Positions 44,054 to 52,773 of a DNA stretch of 64,000 nt are shown piece by piece. The position numbers and the translations under genes are program-made. Source of the stretch: Thermoplasmata archaeon. Its GTDB lineage: Archaea; Thermoplasmatota; Thermoplasmata; RBG-16-68-12. Position 1 is the stretch's first letter, and every line of letters starts with the position of its first letter. The notes beneath the pieces were generated by a model, which worked only from the letters and a program-made list of their open reading frames with translations, was not told the DNA's origin and did no database searches. The stretch is taken from assembly GCA_035283365.1 (NCBI GenBank), contig DATETY010000069.1, positions 21,432 through 85,431 on the forward strand, given 5' to 3'.

Positions 44054-44973
44054 GCGAGAAGGCCCAGGCCGTCCTGAACCATCTCCTGTTCCACAAGGCC
44101 CTCATCAGCGAGCAGGAGGGCGGCGAACGGATCAACCGGTACCTCGAGCTCCTCCAGGAGATCGACCAAGGCCTCCACGTGGCGGTCCGCGACCCGTTCG
44201 AGAAGTCCGCCGTGGCCGCGTTCGAGCTCGTCCTGGACCGCGGGATGGACCCGTGGGAGATCGACCTCGTCGAGTTCACGCGGATGTACCTCGACAAGGT
44301 GCGGTCCGCGGGGGTCGTGAATTTCGTGACCGCGGGCAAGCTCGTCTTCCTCGCCTGGTCCATCCTGAAGCTCCAATCCGACAAGGTCCTCCTGGCCGCG
44401 ATGCCGCCCGAGCCGGCGCCGGACGCGGGAGGTTGGGACCTGGACATGTACCGGGAGCCCGAGGACCTCGACTACAACCAGGCGATCCTCACGGGCCACG
44501 CGATGCCCCTGTCCGAAGCGATCCGGCGGGAGGGACGGCGCGCCGTCACCCTGATGGAGCTCATGGACGCCTTCGACGAGGCGCGGAAGGAGGCGGACGC
44601 CCACGTGCAGCTCGCGGCGCTCCGCGAGGAGGCGCTCCGCAAGTTCGCCCCGAACTTCCACCAGAAGGTCCACGGGGAGGACCTCACGGAGGACATCGGC
44701 CTCACGTGGTCCCGCCTCGTCCAGTTCAACGGAGACGCGGTCCCCCTCCGCGCGATCACGGTCGGGGGCGTCTGGGACGAGGTGACCGTGTTCATGGCCC
44801 TCCTCTTCCTCGCCCGCATGGAGAAGGTCAAACTCTGGCAGGAGGGGTACCCGTTCGGGGAGATCTACGTCAAGCGGCTCTCCTCGGAGGACGTGATCGT
44901 CTCGGAGGACCTCGTGGGCGTGCCGAGGGTGGGACCCGAACCCGAACACGACGAAGAGGCGGTGGAATCATGA
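44050..44973 (+). CDS. scpA: segregation and condensation protein A (kleisin)
   Basis: 307 aa. Its GTG start overlaps the smc stop (GTGA). The ScpA-like region reads DPWEIDLVEFTRMYLDKV...LVFLAWSILKLQS. Confidence 0.85.
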   Translation: MSEKAQAVLNHLLFHKALISEQEGGERINRYLELLQEIDQGLHVAVRDPFEKSAVAAFELVLDRGMDPWEIDLVEFTRMYLDKVRSAGVVNFVTAGKLVFLAWSILKLQSDKVLLAAMPPEPAPDAGGWDLDMYREPEDLDYNQAILTGHAMPLSEAIRREGRRAVTLMELMDAFDEARKEADAHVQLAALREEALRKFAPNFHQKVHGEDLTEDIGLTWSRLVQFNGDAVPLRAITVGGVWDEVTVFMALLFLARMEKVKLWQEGYPFGEIYVKRLSSEDVIVSEDLVGVPRVGPEPEHDEEAVES

Positions 44974-45599
44974 CGGAGAAAGGGCTCGTCGAGGCGGCTC
45001 TCTACTCGAGCGGGAGCGCCCTGACGGTCGAGGCGATCGCCCGCACGACGGGCCTCGACGAGACGAAGGTGAAGGACCTCCTGCGGAAGCTCGCGAAGGA
45101 CTACGACGCGCGGGACAGCGCACTCGAGGTCGCGCAGATCGGCACGAAGTGGGCCATGCAGATCCGGTCCGAGTACGCGGGCCCCGCGCGCACGTTCGCG
45201 CCGCCCGAGATCGACCGGGACGTCCTCAAGACGGCGGCCCTCATCGCGTACCACCAGCCTCTCCTCCAGAGCGATCTGTTCGACATGATCGGCTCGAAGG
45301 TGTACGAGCACACGCAGGCCCTCGAGTCCCTCGGGCTCATCTCGCGGAAGCCGTCGGGCCGATCCCTGGCCCTCACGACGACGCGGTTCTTCGCCGAGTT
45401 CTTCGGGATCAAGGCGACGGACCGCGAGGGGATCCGCAGGCTCATGGCGAAGAAGGCCGGCGTCCCGTTCAAGGAGAAGCCCCCGGAGGGCGCGCCCGAC
45501 GGCTCGGCCGACGCCGCCACGGACACCCCGCCAGCCGCCGTCGAGCTGGCCCCGCCCGCGCGGGTCGCGGAGACCGCCGTCACGGACCCCCCTGCGTGA
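44970..45599 (+). CDS. scpB: segregation and condensation protein B
   Basis: ATG 44970 overlaps the scpA stop (ATGA). 209 aa with winged-helix pattern LVEAALYSSGSALTVEAIA...ALIAYHQPLLQSDL and an acidic/Pro-rich tail. Confidence 0.85.
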   Translation: MTEKGLVEAALYSSGSALTVEAIARTTGLDETKVKDLLRKLAKDYDARDSALEVAQIGTKWAMQIRSEYAGPARTFAPPEIDRDVLKTAALIAYHQPLLQSDLFDMIGSKVYEHTQALESLGLISRKPSGRSLALTTTRFFAEFFGIKATDREGIRRLMAKKAGVPFKEKPPEGAPDGSADAATDTPPAAVELAPPARVAETAVTDPPA

Positions 45600-45631
45600 A
45601 CGATCGCTCGTGAGAATCACGGGCTAACGGC

Positions 45632-45638
45632 TTTATAA
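45632..45638 (+). promoter_or_regulatory. TATA box upstream of the giant repeat-protein gene
   Basis: TTTATAA lies ~80 nt upstream of GTG 45719. GGAG lies 9 nt before the start codon. Confidence 0.45.
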
Positions 45639-45718
45639 CGTCCATCCCCTAAGATCCGCTCGGAACCTCCAGAGGGACGAGCCTACCGCCTCCCCCTGGG
45701 ATAGCGGAGCCACGGGCC

Positions 45719-48700
45719 GTGAGCGGATTCCTCCGGGACAGCGCGCTGCGTCGGCAGCTCGAGGAGAAGGTCAAGGAGGCCACCCGAACCCGGGGCGTCG
45801 CGGAGGAGGCCCTCAAGGCGGCCCGCGAAGTCCTGGACGCCGCGAAGCGCATCGACGCGGACATCGGGGTGGCCCAGGAGCCCCTCGCGGAAGCCGAGAG
45901 CGCCTTCGGCGCGAAGGACTACAGGCTCGCGGCGGACAAGGCCGCGGAGGCGAAGGAGCGCGGCCAGCGCCTGTACCGCGGCCGCGCGGAGGCGATCGTC
46001 ACCTCGAGCGAGTCCCTCGCGAACCTGGCCCGGAGCGTGGGTGGGGAGCTCGGGGAGGCGGAGTCCGCCCTCAAGAAGGCCCGGGATGCCCTCTCCTCGG
46101 ACGACCTGACCAATGCGGTGGACCAGGCGAAGAAGGCATGGAAGCGCGGGGAGAAAGTCCTCCACGAGCATCTGTCCCTCTCGTTCTCGAAAGCCCAGTC
46201 CCTCATCCTCACCGCGAAGAACCTGGGGCGCGAAGTCGCCCCGATCGAGGACCTCCTGTCCCGCGCTCGGACCGGGATGGACTCGAACGACTACGACTCG
46301 GCAGTCTCCTTCACGAAGGAGGCTCTCGCCACGATCACGGACGACCTCCGCGCGAACCTGGACGGGGAGATGCGCGAGGCGGAGGACCTCATGCGGACGG
46401 CCCAGGAGCTCGGGGCCGACGTGACGCGCCCGTCCGGGCTCATCGAGCGGGCCCGCGGGGACCTCGAGAACCTGGACTTCGAGAAGGCCCGCAACGCGTT
46501 CCGGCAGAGCCGCGGGGAGTCCGAGAAGGCCCTCCAGAAGAGCCTCGACGGGAAGGTCGCGAACTTCGCGAAGTTCCTCGACGAGGCCACGGGCCTCGGA
46601 GCGGAGACGTCTGCGGCCGCGGAACGTTTCGACCAGGCGGAAGCCGCGATCAAGAAGGGCGACTACAAGACGGGAGGCCGGCTCGCGAAGGAAGGCTTCC
46701 AGGTCGTCCAGCAGGCCCAGTTCACGCGGGTGCTCCAGACCGTCGCGGCGTCCCGCGAGAAGTTCGTGGCCGCCATGAATCTCGGCGCCGACGTGTCCGG
46801 CCCCGTCGCGACCCTCAACAAGGCCCGGGAGGCCCTCCAGCGGAACGCGTTCCGCGAGGCGATCGACTGGGCGAAGAAGGCGGACGAAGGGGTCGAGCAA
46901 GTCCTCGGACGGTACCGGTCCGCCGAGCTCAAGCTCCGGGACCTGCACCGGGCCATGGCGGAGGCGGAGGCCCTCGGTGTCTCCACGACGAACGCTCGCC
47001 GCTTCTCGGAGCAAGCCCGGGAAGCGTACCAGAACCGGAACCCGGACGGCCTCGATCGGGCCCTCGGATCCGCACTCGAGGAGCTCCGCCGGTCGGAACA
47101 CGAGCGGACCATGCAATCGATCGAGCAGGCGGAGTTCATCCTCACCCTCGGGGAGCGGAACGAGGCGGACCTCGGGGAAGCCCAGACGCTCCTCGAGGGG
47201 TCCATCGTCGCCGCGAAGGCCCAGGAGTACCGGAAGGCGCTCGACCTCGCGGGGAAGGCCGCGAGCCGGGCGGACGACGGACTGCGTCGCCGCGTGGCGG
47301 ACGGCCTCGCGGTCCTCCGGAACGTCCTGCCCCACCTGGGGGAGGAGGCGTCCACCGTGAAGGTCCTGCTGAACCGAGCGGAGGCGTCCGTGACGGCCCG
47401 GGACTTCGAGGGTGCGTTCGGAGCGATCGCGGAGGCCCGGGGCCTCGTGGAGCGCCGCACGGCGGGACTCGCCTCCCAGGCCGTCGAGGACCTCGGGACG
47501 ATCGTCGCGATGGGGCTCGACCTCGGCGCGGACATCGGGGGCGTCGAGGCCCTGTACAAGGAGCTCAACGGCCACCTCGGGGCCGGCCGGCCGAGCGAGG
47601 TCCTCGCGGGGCGGGACCGGGTGCGGTCCACCCTCGCGACGGCCTCCGACGGCCTGTTCAACCTCGTGAAGAACCGCGTCGCGCAGGCGAGGGACCTCAA
47701 GATCGACATCGAGGAGATGCGGGACCTCCTGAAGCGGTCCAAGGTCGCCCTGAGCATCGAGAACTACCACGAGGGCCTCGGCTTGCTCAGGGAGTGCAAC
47801 GACCGGGCCCGCAAGGCGACCGCGATGTACCGTCAGGCCCAGACGGCTCTCGCGAGCGCGGCCGCGTTCGCCGCGGAGGCGCGCAAGAGGGACGTCGACG
47901 TCGGGAGAGTCCTCGAGATCCTCCTCGAGGGAAAGCGCGCGTTCGAGCAGCTCGACTACGGGAAGTCGATCGATCTCGCCGCGAAGGCCCGCGCGGAGAC
48001 GGGGAAACTCCTCGTCCTGTACACGTCCGCCCAGAAGATCGTGTCCAGCCGGGAGCGGATGGACCTCGCGACGCGCCTCGGGATCGACGCGCCCCATCTC
48101 CGGGACGCCCTCACGGACGCGAAGGAGTCGATGAAGGCGAAGGACTACGAACGGGCGTTGGCGAACGCCCAGCGCGTCGAGCAGGAGATCACCTCCCTCA
48201 TCGGGCAGAGGATCGCATCCCTCCTCGAGGCGACGGAAGCCGCGGTGGGCAGCGTCCAGGGGGCGAACCTCGCGGCCCTGAACGACGAGATCGTGAAGGC
48301 GCGGCAGTACCTTGGGGCGGGCCAGTTCGCGCCCGCGGCGGATGCCTCCCTCCGGCTCAAGGACCAGCTCGACCGGCTCACGCGGCAGGGCGAGGAAGCG
48401 GACGGGGCGATCCGTCGGGTCCGGGAGCTCATCGCGGACGCGGAAGGGATGAACGTCGAGCTCGTCGCGACCTCGCGCCTCCTTGAGCGTTCCCTGCGCG
48501 CGTTCAAGATGGCCCAGTTCGACGAGGCCCTCGACCACGCGGCGCAGGCGGAGGCCGAGGCCACGAAGGAACGGGATCAGGCGATCGCGTCCCTGATGGC
48601 CCAGTTCCAGGAGTCGATCGAGCGGGCCAAGAGGGAGGGGACGGACACTCGGAGCGCGGAGCGGCTCCTCGACCGCGCGCGGGAGTTCTTGCGCGGGAAG

Positions 48701-50206
48701 AAGTACCGCCAGGCCCTGGCCCTCGCGGAACAGAGCGAGGGGGAGGCGGAGCGGATCGGGCTCCAGCAGAAGATGGCGGCCCAGGCCCTCCAGACCGCGG
48801 AGCGGAAGCTCCAGGGCCTCGGGTTCCCGGTCCCTCCGGTGGCCCACGCGCTCGACGAGGCGAAGCGCGGGTTCGCCTCGGCCGACTACGTGAAGGCCCT
48901 CGACGCCGCGATCAAGGCCTCGGACGCCCTCACGGACATCCGGAACGAGCTCGGGGAGCTCCACAAGGCGAGGGACCGCGTGCAAGCCCTCCTCGCGACC
49001 GTTCAGGAGGTCGGCGCGGAGACGGTCAAGCTCATCCAGATCTTCGACGAGGGCGAAGCGGCCCTCCACGTGGGCGACGTGACGAAGGCGCGCGCCGCGT
49101 ACGCGCAGGCGACGGAGTGGGCGACGGGCGTCCTGAAGAACCACCTCCGGGACCTGCTCGCGCGGGCGAGCGGGATCACGGAGACGGGCCGCCGGATGCA
49201 GATCGACCCGACCGCGGCCCTGAACCACCTCGCGGAGGCCCGCTCCCGGATCGAGGCGGGGGACTTCGGGCTCGCGTACAAGGCGATCCAGTCGGGCCAG
49301 CGGATCGCGGAAGTCGCCCTCGGCACGAAGTTGAACGAGGCGATCCTGCAGGCCGCGGACAACGTGACCCATGCGAAGAAGCTGGGCACGGACGCCCGGG
49401 AGGCAGAGGACATCCTCCGGCAGGCCCGCGCACGGATCGAGCGCATGGAGTACGACGGGGCCCTGGAGCTCACGGAACGGGCCCTCGAGAAGGTCGAGTC
49501 CGTGAAGGTCGTCGAGAAGCGGTTCGTCGACCTCACGTACAAGGCGGAGTCGACGATCCGGAACGGGAAGAAGTTCGGGGTCGACATGCGCCCCGCGGAG
49601 CGCCGGCTCGCGGACTCCATGGCCCTCCGGAAGACGAACCTCGCGGACGCAATCAAGGCTGCAGAGGAAGCGTACCGGCTCGGGTGGGACGCCGTCGAGG
49701 AGTTCGCCCCCGCGATGGAGGCGGGCCTCGAGATGGGCCCCACGAAGCTCAACGAGTGGACGGACGCGACCCTCACCCTGATGAACGTCGGGAAGGGGCT
49801 CGCCAAGGACGTCCGGGTGAAGATCCTAGGGGACGCGGAGACGGAGGGTCTCCAAGACGTGCCCGCGGTCCGCGCGAAGGGCCAGGAATCCCTCCGTATC
49901 CGGATCAAGATGACCGCCTCGGGGAGCGTCCCCCTCGCGATCCAGATCACCTCCCACCGCGTGCTCGACGACAAGGCGTACACCCAGGAGATGATCGCGC
50001 AGATCGAGGTCGCGGAGGACGCGATCGAACGGCCCAAGAGGCTCGTCGCGGACCTGGAGACCCGCTGCCCGATCTGCAAGGGGATGATCAAGAAGGGGTT
50101 CAAGGTCCTACGTTGCGGATGCGGCCGCGACTTCCACGAGCTGTGCGCGTCCCGGATCGGTCGGTGCCCCGCCTGCTTCCGTCCGCTCGGGACGGCCGCG
50201 GGCTGA
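45719..50206 (+). CDS. giant cytoplasmic helical-repeat protein with C-terminal beta-sandwich and C4HC3 RING/PHD-like zinc finger
   Basis: 1495-aa ORF, GTG start, with no signal peptide or TM helix. It holds about 21 tandem ~62-aa repeats, a CARDB-like segment (LTLMNVGKGLAKDVRVKILGD...) and a terminal CPICKGMIKKGFKVLRCGCGRDFHELCASRIGRCPAC. Confidence 0.85.
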   Translation: MSGFLRDSALRRQLEEKVKEATRTRGVAEEALKAAREVLDAAKRIDADIGVAQEPLAEAESAFGAKDYRLAADKAAEAKERGQRLYRGRAEAIVTSSESLANLARSVGGELGEAESALKKARDALSSDDLTNAVDQAKKAWKRGEKVLHEHLSLSFSKAQSLILTAKNLGREVAPIEDLLSRARTGMDSNDYDSAVSFTKEALATITDDLRANLDGEMREAEDLMRTAQELGADVTRPSGLIERARGDLENLDFEKARNAFRQSRGESEKALQKSLDGKVANFAKFLDEATGLGAETSAAAERFDQAEAAIKKGDYKTGGRLAKEGFQVVQQAQFTRVLQTVAASREKFVAAMNLGADVSGPVATLNKAREALQRNAFREAIDWAKKADEGVEQVLGRYRSAELKLRDLHRAMAEAEALGVSTTNARRFSEQAREAYQNRNPDGLDRALGSALEELRRSEHERTMQSIEQAEFILTLGERNEADLGEAQTLLEGSIVAAKAQEYRKALDLAGKAASRADDGLRRRVADGLAVLRNVLPHLGEEASTVKVLLNRAEASVTARDFEGAFGAIAEARGLVERRTAGLASQAVEDLGTIVAMGLDLGADIGGVEALYKELNGHLGAGRPSEVLAGRDRVRSTLATASDGLFNLVKNRVAQARDLKIDIEEMRDLLKRSKVALSIENYHEGLGLLRECNDRARKATAMYRQAQTALASAAAFAAEARKRDVDVGRVLEILLEGKRAFEQLDYGKSIDLAAKARAETGKLLVLYTSAQKIVSSRERMDLATRLGIDAPHLRDALTDAKESMKAKDYERALANAQRVEQEITSLIGQRIASLLEATEAAVGSVQGANLAALNDEIVKARQYLGAGQFAPAADASLRLKDQLDRLTRQGEEADGAIRRVRELIADAEGMNVELVATSRLLERSLRAFKMAQFDEALDHAAQAEAEATKERDQAIASLMAQFQESIERAKREGTDTRSAERLLDRAREFLRGKKYRQALALAEQSEGEAERIGLQQKMAAQALQTAERKLQGLGFPVPPVAHALDEAKRGFASADYVKALDAAIKASDALTDIRNELGELHKARDRVQALLATVQEVGAETVKLIQIFDEGEAALHVGDVTKARAAYAQATEWATGVLKNHLRDLLARASGITETGRRMQIDPTAALNHLAEARSRIEAGDFGLAYKAIQSGQRIAEVALGTKLNEAILQAADNVTHAKKLGTDAREAEDILRQARARIERMEYDGALELTERALEKVESVKVVEKRFVDLTYKAESTIRNGKKFGVDMRPAERRLADSMALRKTNLADAIKAAEEAYRLGWDAVEEFAPAMEAGLEMGPTKLNEWTDATLTLMNVGKGLAKDVRVKILGDAETEGLQDVPAVRAKGQESLRIRIKMTASGSVPLAIQITSHRVLDDKAYTQEMIAQIEVAEDAIERPKRLVADLETRCPICKGMIKKGFKVLRCGCGRDFHELCASRIGRCPACFRPLGTAAG
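45791..49708 (+). repeat. about 21 degenerate tandem protein repeats of ~62 residues (~186 nt) inside the giant gene
   Basis: The anchor motif (L)G-x-[DE]-[VIT] recurs at residues 46, 110, 172, 234, 296, 358, 422, 484, 543, 605, 663, 727, 790, 850, 912, 976, 1037, 1101, 1163, 1225 and 1289, with spacing of 58-64. Each anchor is followed by LL..A[RK]..[LF]...[DN][YF]..A...A. Confidence 0.8.
50066..50176 (+). other. C4HC3 zinc-finger signature (RING-CH/PHD-like) at the C-terminus of the giant protein
   Basis: C-x2-C-x12-C-x-C-x4-H-x2-C-x6-C-x2-C, read directly from residues 1450-1486. Confidence 0.7.
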
Positions 50207-51724
50207 TCACGCGAGCGGGCCCGCCGCGCGCTCCGCGGCCGCGACGAGGTCGCCGGACCGCATCGCGTCGAGGATCCGTCCCACGTCGGCGGCCATCGCG
50301 CGGTCCGCCTCGAGCGGCGGGACAGACTTGCGGATGAGCGCGCGCGCGGCCCGGGGGCCGATCCCCGCGCGGAGCGGCGAGAGGAACTCGAGGCCCTGAG
50401 CCGCCGCGAGGTACTCCATCGCGACGACGTGCGCCGCGTTCTCGAGGGCCGTGCGCGCCTTGAGGGCCGCGGCCATCCCCATGGGGACCCAGTCCTCCTG
50501 ATTCGCCGACGTGGGGATGGAGTCCGCGGACGCGGGATGGGCGAGGACCTTGTTCTCGCTCGCGTAGCCCGCCGCGACGTACTGGAGGAGCATCATCCCG
50601 GAGTTCAGGCCGCCCTCCTTCGTGAGGAACGCGGGGAGCTCGCTCAGCCGCGTGTCCACGAGGCGGGCGATGCGCCGCTCCGAGAAGCCCGCCACCACGG
50701 ACATCGCGAGGGAGACGTGGTCGAGGGCCATCGCGACGGCCTGCCCGTGGAAGTTCCCGCCGCTCAAGCCGGAGCCGGCCACGATGAGGGGATTGTCCGT
50801 CGCGGCGTTCATCTCGATGCGCACGGCGTCCCCCGCGAATCGGAGAGCCGCCCGGCACGCCCCGAGGACCTGGGGGATGCACCGGAGCGTGTACGGGTCC
50901 TGGACCCGGTGGGGACCCTTGTGGGACGGGACGATCTCGCTGCCGCGCAGGAGGCGGCGGAGGTTCGCCGCGACCTCGCGGGCGCCCGGCTGGGGCTTGA
51001 GCCGCACGATCCGGTCCTCGTAGGGCTGGGGGGAGCCCCGGAGGGCCTCGAACGCAACGGAGGCGGCGACCTGGGCGTCCTTCAGGAGGGCCAGGCCGTC
51101 CGCGACGACGAGGGCGCCGACCCCGGCCATCACGGAGGTCCCGTTGATGATCGCCAGCCCCTCCTTCGTCTCGAGGGTGATCGGGGCGAGGCCCGCGCGC
51201 CGCAGGGCCTCCTTCCCGGGCACGGTCCTCCCCCGGTACGTCGCCTGACCCTCCCCGACGAGGACGAGCCCCAGGTGGGCCAGGGGGGCCAGGTCCCCGC
51301 TCGCCCCGAGGGAACCGCGGGACGGGATCACGGGATGGACCCCGCCGTTGAGCATCCCGAGGAGGAGCTCGATGAGCCCGCGGCGGACCCCCGAGACTCC
51401 GATCGCGAGGGTGTTCGCCCGGAGGAGGAGGGCCGCGCGGACCTCGTCCGTCCGGAGCGGCTCGCCCTGTCCGACCGCGTGGCTCCGGACCAAGTTCAGC
51501 TGGAGGGCCCGCACGTCCGCGTCCGGGATCGTCACGTTCGCGAGCTCGCCGAAGCCCGTCTTGATCCCGTATGCGACGGCCCCGCTCGCGACGATCCGCT
51601 CGAGGGCCTTCCGGGATGCGTCCACGCGCCGTGCGGCCTCGGGCGCGAGGCGGACTTCCTCCCGTCGCCGCGAGACCCGGACGACGTCGTCGAGACCCAG
51701 GGACCGGCCGTCCAACGAGAGCAT
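50207..51724 (-). CDS. hutH: histidine ammonia-lyase
   Basis: ATG 51724 gives MLSLDGRSLGLDDV..., 505 aa. It carries the MIO-forming GASGDLAPLAH and the Ser-His selectivity pair in LVRSHAVG, as in HALs. Confidence 0.85.
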   Translation of the reverse strand: MLSLDGRSLGLDDVVRVSRRREEVRLAPEAARRVDASRKALERIVASGAVAYGIKTGFGELANVTIPDADVRALQLNLVRSHAVGQGEPLRTDEVRAALLLRANTLAIGVSGVRRGLIELLLGMLNGGVHPVIPSRGSLGASGDLAPLAHLGLVLVGEGQATYRGRTVPGKEALRRAGLAPITLETKEGLAIINGTSVMAGVGALVVADGLALLKDAQVAASVAFEALRGSPQPYEDRIVRLKPQPGAREVAANLRRLLRGSEIVPSHKGPHRVQDPYTLRCIPQVLGACRAALRFAGDAVRIEMNAATDNPLIVAGSGLSGGNFHGQAVAMALDHVSLAMSVVAGFSERRIARLVDTRLSELPAFLTKEGGLNSGMMLLQYVAAGYASENKVLAHPASADSIPTSANQEDWVPMGMAAALKARTALENAAHVVAMEYLAAAQGLEFLSPLRAGIGPRAARALIRKSVPPLEADRAMAADVGRILDAMRSGDLVAAAERAAGPLA

Positions 51725-51788
51725 CCGGGCCGCCTCGCGCGCCCCATCGGAGCCGCGGCGATAAAGCTTTGGCGCGCGCCACAAAGCC

Positions 51789-51794
51789 GTTAAG
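51789..51794 (+). promoter_or_regulatory. TATA-like box for rnz
   Basis: GTTAAG (GTTAAGCCGGA) lies 26-31 nt upstream of ATG 51820. Confidence 0.5.
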
Positions 51795-51819
51795 CCGGAC
51801 CGGCCCATCCCGCGCCTGC

Positions 51820-52728
51820 ATGCAGATCGTGTTCCTCGGGACGTCCGGTTCGTGGCCCACGCCGAAGCGGAACGTGAGCGCGGTCGCCGTGAAACGCGGG
51901 CCCGAGGTCCTCCTGTTCGACTGCGGGGAGGGCACCCAGCGGCAGTTCATGCTGAGCCGGCTCAGCTTCATGCAGGTCTCCCGGGTGTTCCTCAGCCACT
52001 TCCACGGGGACCACTTCCTCGGCCTCCCGGGGCTCGTCCAGAGCATGTCCATGAACGGCCGGGAGGCGCCCCTCGACGTGGTCGGACCGCGCGGCGTCGA
52101 ACGGTTGGTGTCGGATCTCCTGGGCCTCGGCTACTTCACGCCGGGCTTCCCGGTTCGCGCGAAGGAGCTCCCGCCGGGCGCCTCGATCGATGCCGGGGAG
52201 TACGCGGTGACCGCGTTCGAGGCGGTCCATACGGTCCCGGGGCTCAGCTACGTCCTCGAGGAGCACCCCCGCCCGGGCCGGTTCCATCGGGACCGGGCCC
52301 TCGCACTCGGCGTGCCCGAAGGTCCCCTGTTCAGCCGGCTCCAGGAGGGCGAGGCCGTCCGGGTCGGTGAGCGGACCGTGCGGCCCGAGGAGGTCCTGGG
52401 CCCGCCCCGCCGGGGCCGGAAGATCGTGTACACGGGCGACTCGATGCCCCACGAGGTCCTCGTCGAGATGGCCCGCGGGGCCGATGTGTTGATCCACGAC
52501 GCAACGAGCGACGCGGCCCTCGAGGAGAAGGCGAACCGGTACGGACACTCGTCGTCGCGGCAGGCCGCGGAGGTCGCGAAGAAGGCGGGGGTCGGACTCC
52601 TCGTCCTCACGCACCTGAGCCCGCGGTACGAGGACCCGACCACGATCCTGGCGGACGCGAGCGCGGTCTTCGAGCCCGTGCGGATCGCGGAGGACTTCTC
52701 CGAGATCGACGTGCCGTACCCCGACTAG
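51820..52728 (+). CDS. rnz: ribonuclease Z (tRNA 3' endonuclease)
   Basis: ATG 51820 gives MQIVFLGTSGSWPTPKRN..., 302 aa, with the metallo-beta-lactamase motif HFHGDHFLGLPG. GTTAAG box at 51789-51794. Confidence 0.9.
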   Translation: MQIVFLGTSGSWPTPKRNVSAVAVKRGPEVLLFDCGEGTQRQFMLSRLSFMQVSRVFLSHFHGDHFLGLPGLVQSMSMNGREAPLDVVGPRGVERLVSDLLGLGYFTPGFPVRAKELPPGASIDAGEYAVTAFEAVHTVPGLSYVLEEHPRPGRFHRDRALALGVPEGPLFSRLQEGEAVRVGERTVRPEEVLGPPRRGRKIVYTGDSMPHEVLVEMARGADVLIHDATSDAALEEKANRYGHSSSRQAAEVAKKAGVGLLVLTHLSPRYEDPTTILADASAVFEPVRIAEDFSEIDVPYPD

Positions 52729-52737
52729 GCGCGATGC

Positions 52738-52743
52738 CTTAAG
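52738..52743 (+). promoter_or_regulatory. TATA-like box for the SDR gene
   Basis: CTTAAG lies 31-36 nt upstream of ATG 52774. Confidence 0.45.
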
Positions 52744-52773
52744 TCCGGCGCGCCCCTTCGGCCTTCGGGCCCG

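Noticed and set aside
45683-49372. Very long antisense or out-of-frame ORFs in the track. Examples are 45683..49372(-) 1229 aa, 40502..43351(-) 949 aa, 6364..8514(-) 716 aa, 19281..21494(-), 21460..23676(-), 4702..6318(-), 50100..52052(-), 53442..55568(-), 34727..37855(+) and 12261..13850(-).
   Set aside because: Their translations are Arg/Pro/Gly/Asp-rich low-complexity strings with no motifs. Each overlaps a gene with clear family signatures in another frame. High GC, with GC-rich third positions, depletes stop codons and generates such shadow ORFs.
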